NCBI GenBank assembly: GCA_947629555.1
Contig: CANRED010000001.1
Span: 2,489-66,488 of the forward strand
Direction: 5' to 3'
Source: an uncultured Clostridia bacterium
GTDB taxonomy: Bacteria; Bacillota; Clostridia; TANB77; CAG-508
DNA length: 64,000 nt
A program made the position numbers and the translations under genes. The notes beneath the pieces were generated by a model that had not been told where the DNA came from, searched no databases, and saw only the letters and a program-made list of their open reading frames with translations. Positions 8,716 through 18,028 of this stretch are shown here, one piece after another; within the stretch, counting starts at the first letter, position 1, and every line of letters begins with the position of its first letter.

Positions 8716-10644
8716 TTACATTGGAATTACTAATTTATTTATTTTTGTTTTTATGTAATTTTCTAATTTTTCCATAAATTCGTTTGATTGTATTTCTTTA
8801 TTTGCAACCATTTCTAAGCCTTTTTCCCAACTGGCTGTTAATTTTGGATTTAACATATCTGGCATAGATAAATTTACAACATCAAATATTATTTCCCCTT
8901 TGTTCGTTGGAGTTATTATTTGAGTTTTACTGTTTATATCTATATACTTTATTCTTTCTAACTTTTTTATTATTTCCGCTCTCGTTGCACTTGTGCCTAT
9001 TCCGGTACCTTTTATTTGTTCTCTTAATTCATCATCTTCTATTAATTTTCCTGCATTCTCCATAGCAAGAATTATAGAACCTGAATTATATCTAGTTGGA
9101 GGAGTAGTTTCTGATTCTTTTAATTCATAGTTTATAGCATTTAAATCCTGTCCTTTTCTTAATGTGTTTAGAATATCTAAGTTAGTATTTTCTTGGGTTT
9201 CATCCTCTTTATTTTCTTCAGTATTTTTCGGTTGTTTTAATATTTCTAAATATCCTAAATTCGTACAAACTTTTCCACTTGTACTAAATTCTTCGTTTTC
9301 AACTTTTATTGTTGCAGATATTTTATTAAATTCTGCTGGTGGGTAAAATATACTTAAAAATCTCTTTACAATATTTATGTATATGTCTTTATGTAATTGT
9401 GGCAATTTATCATAGTTTTCATACCCTTGACCTGTTGGAATTATTGCATAGTGATCTGTTATTTTACTATCATTTACATATTTAGTTTTTAAAAGATTTG
9501 TTGAATATTTTTCGCTAATCATTTTATTTATTATTAATTTTATTTCTTCATTTTGAAAACCTTTACTTATTCCATTTAAGTTTTTTGTGATTTCTTTTGC
9601 AACTGCAGTTGATAAAACTCTTGCATCTGTTCTTGGATAAGTAACTAATTTCTTTTCATATAAATTTTGAATAATCTCTAATGTTTCATCTGGTTTTATT
9701 TTAAATTTTTTAGTACATTCGTTTTGTATTTCTGCTAAATTAAATAATAATGGTGGATTTTCTTTTTGCTTAGTTTTCTTTATTTCAGTTACAACTGCAT
9801 TTTTATTTTGTAATGATATTATAAATTTTTTTGCGTCATCTTCTTTTTTGAAGCCTGTTTCATTGTATAACTCTTGTGAATTGTACATTTTAGATTTTTC
9901 TGTAACTTTCCACTCTGCTTTAAAAGAAGATTCTTTTTCTCCAAATTCTCCTACAATTTTATAATATTTTGTTTTTGTAAAATTTCTTATTTCTCGTTCT
10001 CTTGATACTACCATACCTAGTACGCATGTCATAACTCTACCAACGGATATAGATGCTTTATCTTCATTTATTTGTTTTGCAACTCTTCTACCATATATTA
10101 TTGATAATAATCTTGAAAAATTTATTCCTATTAAGTAATCTTCTTTTGCTCTTAAATATGCAGAATCTGATATACTATCGTATTCAGATAAATCTTTTGC
10201 ATCCTTTATTCCATTTAAAATTGCTTCTTCTGTTTGTGAATCTATCCATACTCTTTTCTTCTCTTTTCCAGTAACTCCAACCATTTGGTCTACTAACCTA
10301 TATATATACTCTCCTTCACGTCCAGAGTCAGTACATACATATATTTTTAGTATATCATCTCTTGTTAGTAAACTTTTTACTACATTAAATTGCTTTTCAA
10401 CAGCAGGTATTACCTCATATTTGAATTCAGTTGGAATAAATGGTAATGTATCTAATCTCCAAAATTTTAAGTTTTCGTCATATTTTTCCGGATAAGACAT
10501 TGTAATTAAATGTCCTACGCACCAAGTAACAACCCATTCTTCGGATTCTAAAAATCCATCTTTTCTGGCTGTATTTAGTTTTAACGCCTTTGCAAATTCC
10601 ATTGCAACACTTGGCTTTTCCGTTATTAATAAACTCTTTGCCAT
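8716..10644 (-). CDS. topB: Type IA DNA topoisomerase (topoisomerase III-like)
   Basis: Toprim N-terminus LLITEKPSVA, WCVGHL, and active-site Tyr motif TYPRTDARVLS. Confidence 0.85.
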   Translation of the reverse strand: MAKSLLITEKPSVAMEFAKALKLNTARKDGFLESEEWVVTWCVGHLITMSYPEKYDENLKFWRLDTLPFIPTEFKYEVIPAVEKQFNVVKSLLTRDDILKIYVCTDSGREGEYIYRLVDQMVGVTGKEKKRVWIDSQTEEAILNGIKDAKDLSEYDSISDSAYLRAKEDYLIGINFSRLLSIIYGRRVAKQINEDKASISVGRVMTCVLGMVVSREREIRNFTKTKYYKIVGEFGEKESSFKAEWKVTEKSKMYNSQELYNETGFKKEDDAKKFIISLQNKNAVVTEIKKTKQKENPPLLFNLAEIQNECTKKFKIKPDETLEIIQNLYEKKLVTYPRTDARVLSTAVAKEITKNLNGISKGFQNEEIKLIINKMISEKYSTNLLKTKYVNDSKITDHYAIIPTGQGYENYDKLPQLHKDIYINIVKRFLSIFYPPAEFNKISATIKVENEEFSTSGKVCTNLGYLEILKQPKNTEENKEDETQENTNLDILNTLRKGQDLNAINYELKESETTPPTRYNSGSIILAMENAGKLIEDDELREQIKGTGIGTSATRAEIIKKLERIKYIDINSKTQIITPTNKGEIIFDVVNLSMPDMLNPKLTASWEKGLEMVANKEIQSNEFMEKLENYIKTKINKLVIPM

Positions 10645-10704
10645 ACTTTAATCCCTCATTTTAAAAAATTATATATTATATAATTTTAAAATGCAAGGAT
10701 AATT

Positions 10705-11496
10705 TTATTTGTTTAATTTTTGTCTTACGTATTCATATAATACTATTCCAGCTGCTACTGATGCATTTAAGCTTTCAGTTACTCCTAACATTGGTATTTT
10801 TACTAATTCATCTGATAAATTTGTTACCTGTTGTGATACTCCATTGGCTTCATTCCCTATTATTATTGCTGATTTTTCATATTTTACATCATATATACTT
10901 TTTTCTGCTTTTAATGAAGTGGATATTACTTTAAACTTATGCTTTTTTATTTCGCTTATTGTTTTTTGTATGTCTTCACTCTCAATTACTTTTATTCTAT
11001 ATATTGCTCCCATTGTTGAGCGCACTACTTTTGGATTAAATATATCTCCTGAACCTTCTGCAACTATTATTTGTTTTAACCCTATACTATCTACCGTTCT
11101 TAATATTGTTCCTAAGTTTCCGGGATCCTGTACTCCATCTAATATTACTAACAAGTCTTCATCATAATTTATTGTTTTATTTTCTTCCTCTTTTTTTATT
11201 ACTGCAAGTATTCCTTGTGGATTTTTTACATCTGTTATTAAGCTAAATATTCTTTCGCTTACATATATGCAATTATATCTAGCAATTTCATATAATAGTT
11301 TTGAATCTAATTCTTGATTTCTTACACAATCTTCACACACTACGATTGTATCTATTTTAGCTTTTTCTAAAATTGCTTCTTCTATTAATTTTATTCCTTC
11401 TACTATATATTTTTGTTCTTCTTCCCTGTACTTTTTTTCTTTTAATTTCTTTATGCTTTTTATTATTTCGTTATCTTTACTAGTTATTACTTGCAT
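10705..11496 (-). CDS. TrmH/SpoU-family RNA 2'-O-methyltransferase
   Basis: 263 aa. SpoU motifs LDGVQDPGNLGTILRT and IGNEANGVS...IPMLGVTESLNASVA. Confidence 0.8.
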   Translation of the reverse strand: MQVITSKDNEIIKSIKKLKEKKYREEEQKYIVEGIKLIEEAILEKAKIDTIVVCEDCVRNQELDSKLLYEIARYNCIYVSERIFSLITDVKNPQGILAVIKKEEENKTINYDEDLLVILDGVQDPGNLGTILRTVDSIGLKQIIVAEGSGDIFNPKVVRSTMGAIYRIKVIESEDIQKTISEIKKHKFKVISTSLKAEKSIYDVKYEKSAIIIGNEANGVSQQVTNLSDELVKIPMLGVTESLNASVAAGIVLYEYVRQKLNK

Positions 11497-11574
11497 TTTT
11501 TATTTTCCTTTCTTGGTTAAATATGTTTTTTAAAGTCACTACATTATTTTAGTTTGAAAATATAATACAATAAT

Positions 11575-14500
11575 TTACAATGCTTTCAAAAATGCTTGAA
11601 TTTCTTCTATTACCTTATCTGCATTTTGCAATTTATATGTTATATATGGTTTTTGCGCTGGTGAGAATTTTACTCTGTTTTTGTAAGTTTGTATTAACTT
11701 ATCTACTATTGTATAATCAAATTTTTCTGGCACAAATTCTATTACTATATTTTGTTGTTTTTGTGTTAATTTTAATATACCACATTGCCTACATTTTTGT
11801 TTTATTTCACTTATCTTTAATAGATTTTCTACCTCATTTGGCATTTTTCCATATCTATCTATTATTTCATCTGTTATATTTAGTATGTCCTCTTTTGTTT
11901 TAGATAATGCTATATTTTGATATACTTCTATCTTTTGACTATTGTTTTCTATAAATTCATCTGGTATATAGGCAGATACATTTATATCTATTTGTACGTC
12001 TATTTCTTCTTCAACTTCTTCTCCATTCATTTCTTTTATTATTTCGTCTAGTAATTTACAATACATATCATATCCTACTTGCTCCATATGTCCATGTTGA
12101 ATTTCCCCTAAAATGCTACCTGCTCCTCTTATTTCTAAATCCCTCATTGCTATTTTAAATCCTGACCCAAATTCTGTAAATTCTTTTATTGCTCTTAATC
12201 TTTTGTCTGCAACATCTGATAATAGTTTATCCCTTTTATACATTATATACGCATACGCTTGTTTATCGCTTCTTCCAACTCTTCCTCTAATTTGATATAA
12301 CTGTGCTAGTCCTAATCTATCTGCATTTTCTACTATTATTGTGTTTGCATTTGGTATGTCTATTCCTGATTCTAATATTGTTGTGCAAACTATTACATTG
12401 ATTTTCTTTTCTATAAAATCTAGCATTATTTCTTCTAGTTCTTTTCCTGTCATTTGTCCATGTGCAAATCCTACTTTTGCTTCTGGCACTAACTCACTTA
12501 TTCGTTGTGCTTTTTTATCTATATTTTCTACATTGTTGTATAAATAAAATACCTGACCATCTCTTTCTAATTCTTTTGTTATTGCTTCTTTTATTACTTC
12601 TTCATCATATTCTAATACATAGGTTTGTACTGGTACTCTATTTGAAGGTGGTTCATATATTACAGACATGTCTCTTATACCAACTATAGACATGTGTAAA
12701 GTTCTTGGAATTGGTGTTGCTGTCATTGTCAAAACATCTACATTGGTTTTCATTTGCTTTATTTTTTCTTTATCTTTTACGCCAAATCTATGCTCTTCAT
12801 CTATTATTAGTAGCCCTAAATCTTTAAATTCAACATCTTTGCTAAGTAATCTGTGTGTTCCGATTACTATATCTATTTCACCTAATTTTAATTTTTTTAT
12901 TATTACCTCTTGTTGTTTTTTAGTTCTAAACCTATTTAATAGTTCAACTCTTATAGGAAAATCTTTCATTCTCTCTTTAAAAGATTCATATTGTTGGTTT
13001 GCAAGTATTGTTGTTGGAACTAAATATGCTACTTGCTTTTGATCCATGCACGCTTTAAAAGCTGCTCTTATTGCTACTTCTGTTTTTCCGTAGCCAACAT
13101 CTCCACATAAAAGTCTATCCATTGTTTTATCTTTTTCCATATCTTTTTTTACTTCTTCTATACATCTTAGTTGATCTTCTGTTTCTGTGTATGGAAAATT
13201 ATCTTCAAATTGTTTTTGCCAAGGTGTATCTTTAGAAAAAGCATATCCTTTTGCTTTTTGCCTTTTTGCATATAATTCAATTAGCTCTCTTGCAACTTCT
13301 CTTAAATTTGATTTTACCTTTTGTTTTGTTGTTTCCCAATCTTTACTTCCAAGTCGATTTAGTTTTGGTATAGAATCTCCGCTTCCTATATACTTTCTAA
13401 TGTTATCTAAATTATTTGTTGGAACATAAAGTATGTCATCATCTTTATATCTAACCTTTATATAGTCCTTTGTTATTCCGTCTGCTTTTATTGTGTTTAC
13501 ACCTATAAATTGACCAATACCACTTGTTTTGTGTACAACGTAATCTCCTACTTTTAAGTCTGAAAATACTACTGTTTCTCCTTGCTTAAATGTTGTATTT
13601 GTTGCTCTTTTTGGTTTTTGTTTTGTAAATATTTCTTCTACTGTTAGTATCATTAGATTGAAATCAAAGCATTCAAATCCATTTGACATTGAACCTGGTA
13701 TAACTAGCACTCCGCCATTTTCATTTACATCTTGTGTTGCCTTTATATTGTTTTCGTTTAATAGATTTACTACTGGTTCTACATTACTTTCATTACCTAC
13801 TAGTATTATTACTGTTTTTTCAGTTGCTTTTTGTAGTTCCTCAAGCAATAAATCCATTGAACTGCGAAAAAAGTTCACCTCCCTATAGCTAAAGCTATAT
13901 CCGTTTCTTTTTGCATGCATACTTTGTTTATCTACAAATCCAATATCTTGCTTTTCTAAATATATTGTTTGTTTGTTCTTTATTGAATCCATAAATTTTA
14001 TATAATCACTAAACATTAATAATGCTTGTGGTACATATTTTTCCTTTTCTATTAAATTTTCAATTATACTGTTTACATCTTTTTGTATGTTTTCAGATCT
14101 TGCTTTTATTTTTCCCGCTTCATCCAAAAACAATATATACTCTTCTCCTAAATAATCTATTATGCTTTGAGTATTAGAATAAAAGTCGTTAAAATATTTG
14201 TTAACTTTGCTTATATAATCTCCAGATTTTATAAGTTCAATATCTTCTTCTAAATATGAAATTTGATTTTTGTCTTTATTTTCTATTATTGTATCTACAA
14301 CTTTATCAATGCTTTTTTCTAAAACGAATTCATGAGCAGGATATATTGTAGCATTTGATAACATATCTATTGATCTTTGATTTTGTATATCAAAATTTCT
14401 TATTGAATCTATTTCGTCTCCCCAAAATTCTATTCTTATTCCTGTTTTTTCAGATATTGCAATATCTACAATTCCACCTCTAACACTAAATTGTCCTTTA

Positions 14501-15006
14501 CTTTCTACTAAATCATATCTTTCATAACCTAGAGAAATTAATTTTTCTTTTAATTCATTTAGATTATATGTGTCTGACACCTTTAAATTTAATATATTTT
14601 TATATAAAATTTCTTTTGTTATAATTGGTTGCTCTACCGCTTCTATTGTTGTAACTATTATTTTTGCATTTTTGCTATATATGTTGTTTAAACAATTTAT
14701 TCTATTATATATGTTTTCCTTGCTTTCTGCTAAATAATCAAAATTTAGTACTTCTCTTTTAGGGAAATAATATATTTCGTCTTCATATAGTTTCAAGTCT
14801 TTTAATATTTTTTTTGCTTGAATTTCATTGTATGTAATTATACATATTGGTTTTTCTGTATAAAATTTTGTTGCATAAGCAAAATGCACCTTTCCTGCAT
14901 CAGTTAATCCTGATAACATGATTGGTGTAACATTGTTTTTTACATCATTTATATATGCCTTAAATTTTTTAAAATTAGGCAAGGTTTTTATTAATGGTTC
15001 TTCCAT
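11575..15006 (-). CDS. mfd: Transcription-repair coupling factor
   Basis: 1143 aa. CarD/TRCF domain (GDYVVHKTSGIGQF), helicase motifs GDVGYGKTEVA and DEEHRFGV, and a TRG-type C-terminus. Confidence 0.95.
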   Translation of the reverse strand: MEEPLIKTLPNFKKFKAYINDVKNNVTPIMLSGLTDAGKVHFAYATKFYTEKPICIITYNEIQAKKILKDLKLYEDEIYYFPKREVLNFDYLAESKENIYNRINCLNNIYSKNAKIIVTTIEAVEQPIITKEILYKNILNLKVSDTYNLNELKEKLISLGYERYDLVESKGQFSVRGGIVDIAISEKTGIRIEFWGDEIDSIRNFDIQNQRSIDMLSNATIYPAHEFVLEKSIDKVVDTIIENKDKNQISYLEEDIELIKSGDYISKVNKYFNDFYSNTQSIIDYLGEEYILFLDEAGKIKARSENIQKDVNSIIENLIEKEKYVPQALLMFSDYIKFMDSIKNKQTIYLEKQDIGFVDKQSMHAKRNGYSFSYREVNFFRSSMDLLLEELQKATEKTVIILVGNESNVEPVVNLLNENNIKATQDVNENGGVLVIPGSMSNGFECFDFNLMILTVEEIFTKQKPKRATNTTFKQGETVVFSDLKVGDYVVHKTSGIGQFIGVNTIKADGITKDYIKVRYKDDDILYVPTNNLDNIRKYIGSGDSIPKLNRLGSKDWETTKQKVKSNLREVARELIELYAKRQKAKGYAFSKDTPWQKQFEDNFPYTETEDQLRCIEEVKKDMEKDKTMDRLLCGDVGYGKTEVAIRAAFKACMDQKQVAYLVPTTILANQQYESFKERMKDFPIRVELLNRFRTKKQQEVIIKKLKLGEIDIVIGTHRLLSKDVEFKDLGLLIIDEEHRFGVKDKEKIKQMKTNVDVLTMTATPIPRTLHMSIVGIRDMSVIYEPPSNRVPVQTYVLEYDEEVIKEAITKELERDGQVFYLYNNVENIDKKAQRISELVPEAKVGFAHGQMTGKELEEIMLDFIEKKINVIVCTTILESGIDIPNANTIIVENADRLGLAQLYQIRGRVGRSDKQAYAYIMYKRDKLLSDVADKRLRAIKEFTEFGSGFKIAMRDLEIRGAGSILGEIQHGHMEQVGYDMYCKLLDEIIKEMNGEEVEEEIDVQIDINVSAYIPDEFIENNSQKIEVYQNIALSKTKEDILNITDEIIDRYGKMPNEVENLLKISEIKQKCRQCGILKLTQKQQNIVIEFVPEKFDYTIVDKLIQTYKNRVKFSPAQKPYITYKLQNADKVIEEIQAFLKAL

Positions 15007-15148
15007 TTGTTCTACCTTTCATATACATCGTAAAATTAGTATATAGTATATTATATACGTTTATCTATTATATATCATTTTTAATTATTTTTCCAGTATT
15101 TTGAATTATTTTCTCAATTTATCATATATATTCATTAGGTGATTTATT

Positions 15149-16331
15149 TTGAGTAAAACTAATTTTATTTTCATTAGATTAAAAAATTTAATTATCCCTA
15201 TCACTTTTGCTTTATTTACTGTGTTTCTAGTTGTATTTTCGAAAAGCAATTTATCTGCTGCAAAGTCTCGGCTTATCACTTTTTGCAAATTCTGTTTTAC
15301 CCAGTCTTTTACCTTTTTTTATAGCAACAGAATTGTTAAGTTATACTGAAATTATCCCACTTTTAGGAAAATCATTAAATAGATTTATGCGCCCTGTATT
15401 TAATGTACCAGGAGAAGGTGCTTTTGCCTTTATTATGGGTATTATTAGCGGATATCCAATTGGTGCTAAAATTGTAACTAATTTTAGAGAAAATGGAATT
15501 TGCACCAAAGAGGAAGCAGAAAGACTTATTGCTTTTACTAATAATTCTGGCCCTCTTTTTATTATTGGAACTGTTGGTATAAGTTTATTTTTTGATACTC
15601 GTACTGGAATTTTGCTATTTCTATCTCATATTCTAGCTTGTATTAGTGTTGGTATAGTATTTAGATTTTGGAAGCGTAATAAAAAAGCAAATAAATTCGT
15701 AGACGCGGACGCCCCTGTTCGTCCACTTTATTCCAAAGAAGTTAAGTGTACTTTTGCAAATTTAGGTGAAATTATTTCTAAAAGTATTTCTAGTGCAATT
15801 TCTAATGTTGTTATGATTGGTGGATTTGTAGTACTATTTTCTGTTATCGTATCTATATTAGATAAAACTAAAATTTTAAATATTTTATCTATTCCATTTT
15901 ATCCTGTTTGTAGTTTATTAAAAATAGATACGAATTTTATTCCTGCATTTTTTAGCGGAATCATAGAACTTACAAATGGTGTTAAAAATGTTTCGTTAAT
16001 TGCTACAAAATACATTTCTACAAATGTTATTATTTGTTCATTTTTACTTGGATTTGGTGGCTTATCTGTTGCTTTACAAGTTTTAGGAATTATATCTAAA
16101 ACAGACATTTCTTTTAAGCCCTATATTTTAGGTAAGTTTTTGCAAGGCTGTTTTAGTGCTCTTTATACTTATATTGCTTTAAAATATATTAGTTTTTTTA
16201 ATTTAGATTTAGTTGCTGTTTTCAATAGCACACAAAAAAGCCATCCAGTTAATAACAATTTAAACTGGATAGCTATTGCATTTTTATTAATTTGTATTGT
16301 TGCAGTAATTAGAAGAAAACAAAGAGCATAA
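15149..16331 (+). CDS. ylbJ: Sporulation integral membrane protein YlbJ-like (nucleoside-recognition type). An intact product needs a +1 shift at in-frame CGG 15269-15271.
   Basis: TTG 15149 follows AGGTGA SD by 7 nt and encodes an N-terminal TM helix, ...FALFTVFLVVFSKSNLSAAKS. This frame dies 26 codons after the CGG. The +1 frame from GGC 15270 reads GLSLFANSVLPSLLPFFIATELL... for 354 codons. The ORF-track TTG 15231 has no SD. Confidence 0.7.
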
Positions 16332-16353
16332 TTTGTGCAAAATAACCCAACGC

Positions 16354-16376
16354 AGGAGTTAATATATATTAACTCC
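16354..16376. terminator. Perfect palindrome downstream of the ylbJ-like gene
   Basis: GGAGTTAATAT-A-TATTAACTCC. No clear T-run follows. Confidence 0.35.
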
Positions 16377-16406
16377 GACGACATTTGGCGGATTGCATGG
16401 TGAGGA

Positions 16407-16431
16407 GGAACGACGTTGGTCTGTTCCCTAC
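16407..16431 (-). repeat. REP-like palindrome, family A (degenerate arm), GTAGGG head on the minus strand
   Basis: GGAACGACGttggtCTGTTCCCTAC. Confidence 0.6.
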
Positions 16432-16435
16432 TATA

Positions 16436-16581
16436 TTGAAAATATAATAAATAAAAATCGAACATCCGCTTCTACTTGCTTAAACAGCTATTACAGTTAT
16501 TATCGTAATAATATAGTTTTGTCTTTTTCTTTCTGTACCGCGTTTAAGGATGTGGCAGATTTTTATTTATTATATTTTCAA
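16436..16581. repeat. Long-hairpin element E1: 24-bp perfect AT-rich arms around a conserved core of about 98 nt
   Basis: Arm TTGAAAATATAATAAATAAAAATC (16436-16459) pairs with GATTTTTATTTATTATATTTTCAA (16558-16581). The core is shared with 17882-18024 and has inner pairings ACATCC/GGATGT, TTAAAC/GTTTAA and TACAG/CTGTA. Confidence 0.6.
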
Positions 16582-16595
16582 ATAAAATCCATATA

Positions 16596-17846
16596 TTATT
16601 CTTGTAAATATTTTTGTATACCTATTGCTGCTTTTTTTCCAGCTGCCACTGCCCTACATACACTAGATTTCGTTTCTGTAGAATCCCCACCAGCAAATAC
16701 ACCTTTTATATTTGTCATACCATCTTCATTTATTTTTATTAGTCCATTTTCTATTTCAATACCTTGTTCTTCTAATAATTTTGCATTTGGTGTAAGTCCT
16801 ATTGCAAACACAACTGTATCTACTTTCATTTTAAAATTACTGTTTTCGATGTCTACTGCTTTTCCGTCCTCAACAACTGTCTTTATACATTCTATTTCTT
16901 CTAATTTTTTGTTATTGCCAAATGCTTTTATTACTTTTGTTTGATATTCAAAAACTACTCCATCTTCTATTGCTTCTTGTATTTCTATATCTCTTGCTGG
17001 CATATTTTCTCTTGCTCTTCTATATAATATATATACTTTTTTGGCCCCCATTTTTACGGCACTTCTTGAACAATCCATTGCAACATTTCCTCCACCTATT
17101 ACAACAGTTGTCCCTAAATTTTGTATATATTTTCCTTCATTATATTTTTTCAAGAAATAATCTGATTTATATATAGATGAATATTCTTCATCTGATAATT
17201 TATATGTGCTTGGAATTTGTGCACCTATTCCTAAAAATATTACATCATATTCCTCTTTTAGCTTTTCTATTGTTGTATCTACTCCAAATTCTATATTAGT
17301 TTTCATTTCTATTCCCATATTTTTTGCTGTATCTATTATATTGTCTATTGTAGTTTTACTTAATCTAAAATCTGGAATTCCATACCTTAATATTCCACCT
17401 AAAAGTTCATCTTTTTCAAATATAACTGATTTTATTCCCATTTTCGCAAGTTCTAATGCACATGAAATTCCTGCAGGTCCGGACCCTATTATAGCTACCT
17501 TTTTATTTTGTTTCTCAATTTGCCCCTTCATTTTATATGTATAATTATTTTCTCTAGCCCAGTCATTAACAAATCTTTCTAGTCTACCTATTGGCATTGG
17601 TTCTCCCTTTATACCTCTCACACAGCTTCCCTCGCATTGCTGCTCTTGAGGACAAATTGTACTACATATATTACTAAAAGCATTATTTTCTAATAATATG
17701 TCATAAGCTTCTGCAAAATTTTCTGTTTTTACTTTTGCTATAAAATCGGGTACTTTGGTTTTCATCGGGCAAGCATTTTGACATGGCTTATGTTTACAAT
17801 TTAAGCATTTCTTTGCAATATCTAGTATTTCTGTTATATTCTCCAT
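16596..17846 (-). CDS. GltD/NfnB-family FAD/NAD(P)-dependent oxidoreductase (glutamate synthase small-subunit-like) with an N-terminal Fe-S Cys cluster region
   Basis: 416 aa. CLNCKHKPCQNACP...CPQEQQCEGSCV, then dinucleotide fold VAIIGSGPAGISCA and a second fold VVIGGGNVAMD. Confidence 0.8.
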   Translation of the reverse strand: MENITEILDIAKKCLNCKHKPCQNACPMKTKVPDFIAKVKTENFAEAYDILLENNAFSNICSTICPQEQQCEGSCVRGIKGEPMPIGRLERFVNDWARENNYTYKMKGQIEKQNKKVAIIGSGPAGISCALELAKMGIKSVIFEKDELLGGILRYGIPDFRLSKTTIDNIIDTAKNMGIEMKTNIEFGVDTTIEKLKEEYDVIFLGIGAQIPSTYKLSDEEYSSIYKSDYFLKKYNEGKYIQNLGTTVVIGGGNVAMDCSRSAVKMGAKKVYILYRRARENMPARDIEIQEAIEDGVVFEYQTKVIKAFGNNKKLEEIECIKTVVEDGKAVDIENSNFKMKVDTVVFAIGLTPNAKLLEEQGIEIENGLIKINEDGMTNIKGVFAGGDSTETKSSVCRAVAAGKKAAIGIQKYLQE

Positions 17847-17881
17847 TTTATTCTCCTTTTAGTTTCTTTGATGTTTAAAAT

Positions 17882-18024
17882 TATAGCAATATAATATATA
17901 ACAAAAAATCGAACACCTGCTTCTAGTCATTTAAACAGCAGTTACAGTTATTATCGTAGCATTATTTTTTTACTGTGTTTAAGGACTTTGCAAATTTTTT
18001 GTTATATATTAATATTGCTATTTA
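17882..18024. repeat. Long-hairpin element E2, second copy of the E1 core with different but again self-complementary arms
   Basis: Arms TATAGCAATATAATATATAACAAAAAAT and ATTTTTTGTTATATATTAATATTGCTAT (one bulge). The core AAAATCGAACA..GCTTCTA..TTAAACAGC..TTACAGTTATTATCGTA..GTTTAAGGA matches E1. Confidence 0.6.
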
Positions 18025-18028
18025 TAGT

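Noticed and set aside
15231-16331. ORF-track version of the ylbJ-like gene starting at TTG 15231
   Set aside because: It has no SD. It also omits the N-terminal TM helix, which is encoded with a good SD in another frame from 15149. I replaced it with the composite 15149-16331.
16393-16944. 183-aa plus-strand ORF spanning the E1 repeat and the 3' end of the gltD-like gene
   Set aside because: It runs through a REP unit and a long hairpin, then antisense to a well-supported gene. The composition is not protein-like.
16436-18024. E1/E2 hairpins bracketing a single gene, considered as integron attC sites
   Set aside because: There are no RYYYAAC/GTTRRRY core sites at the arm ends, no intI gene, and the arms are perfectly paired rather than carrying the extrahelical bases typical of attC.
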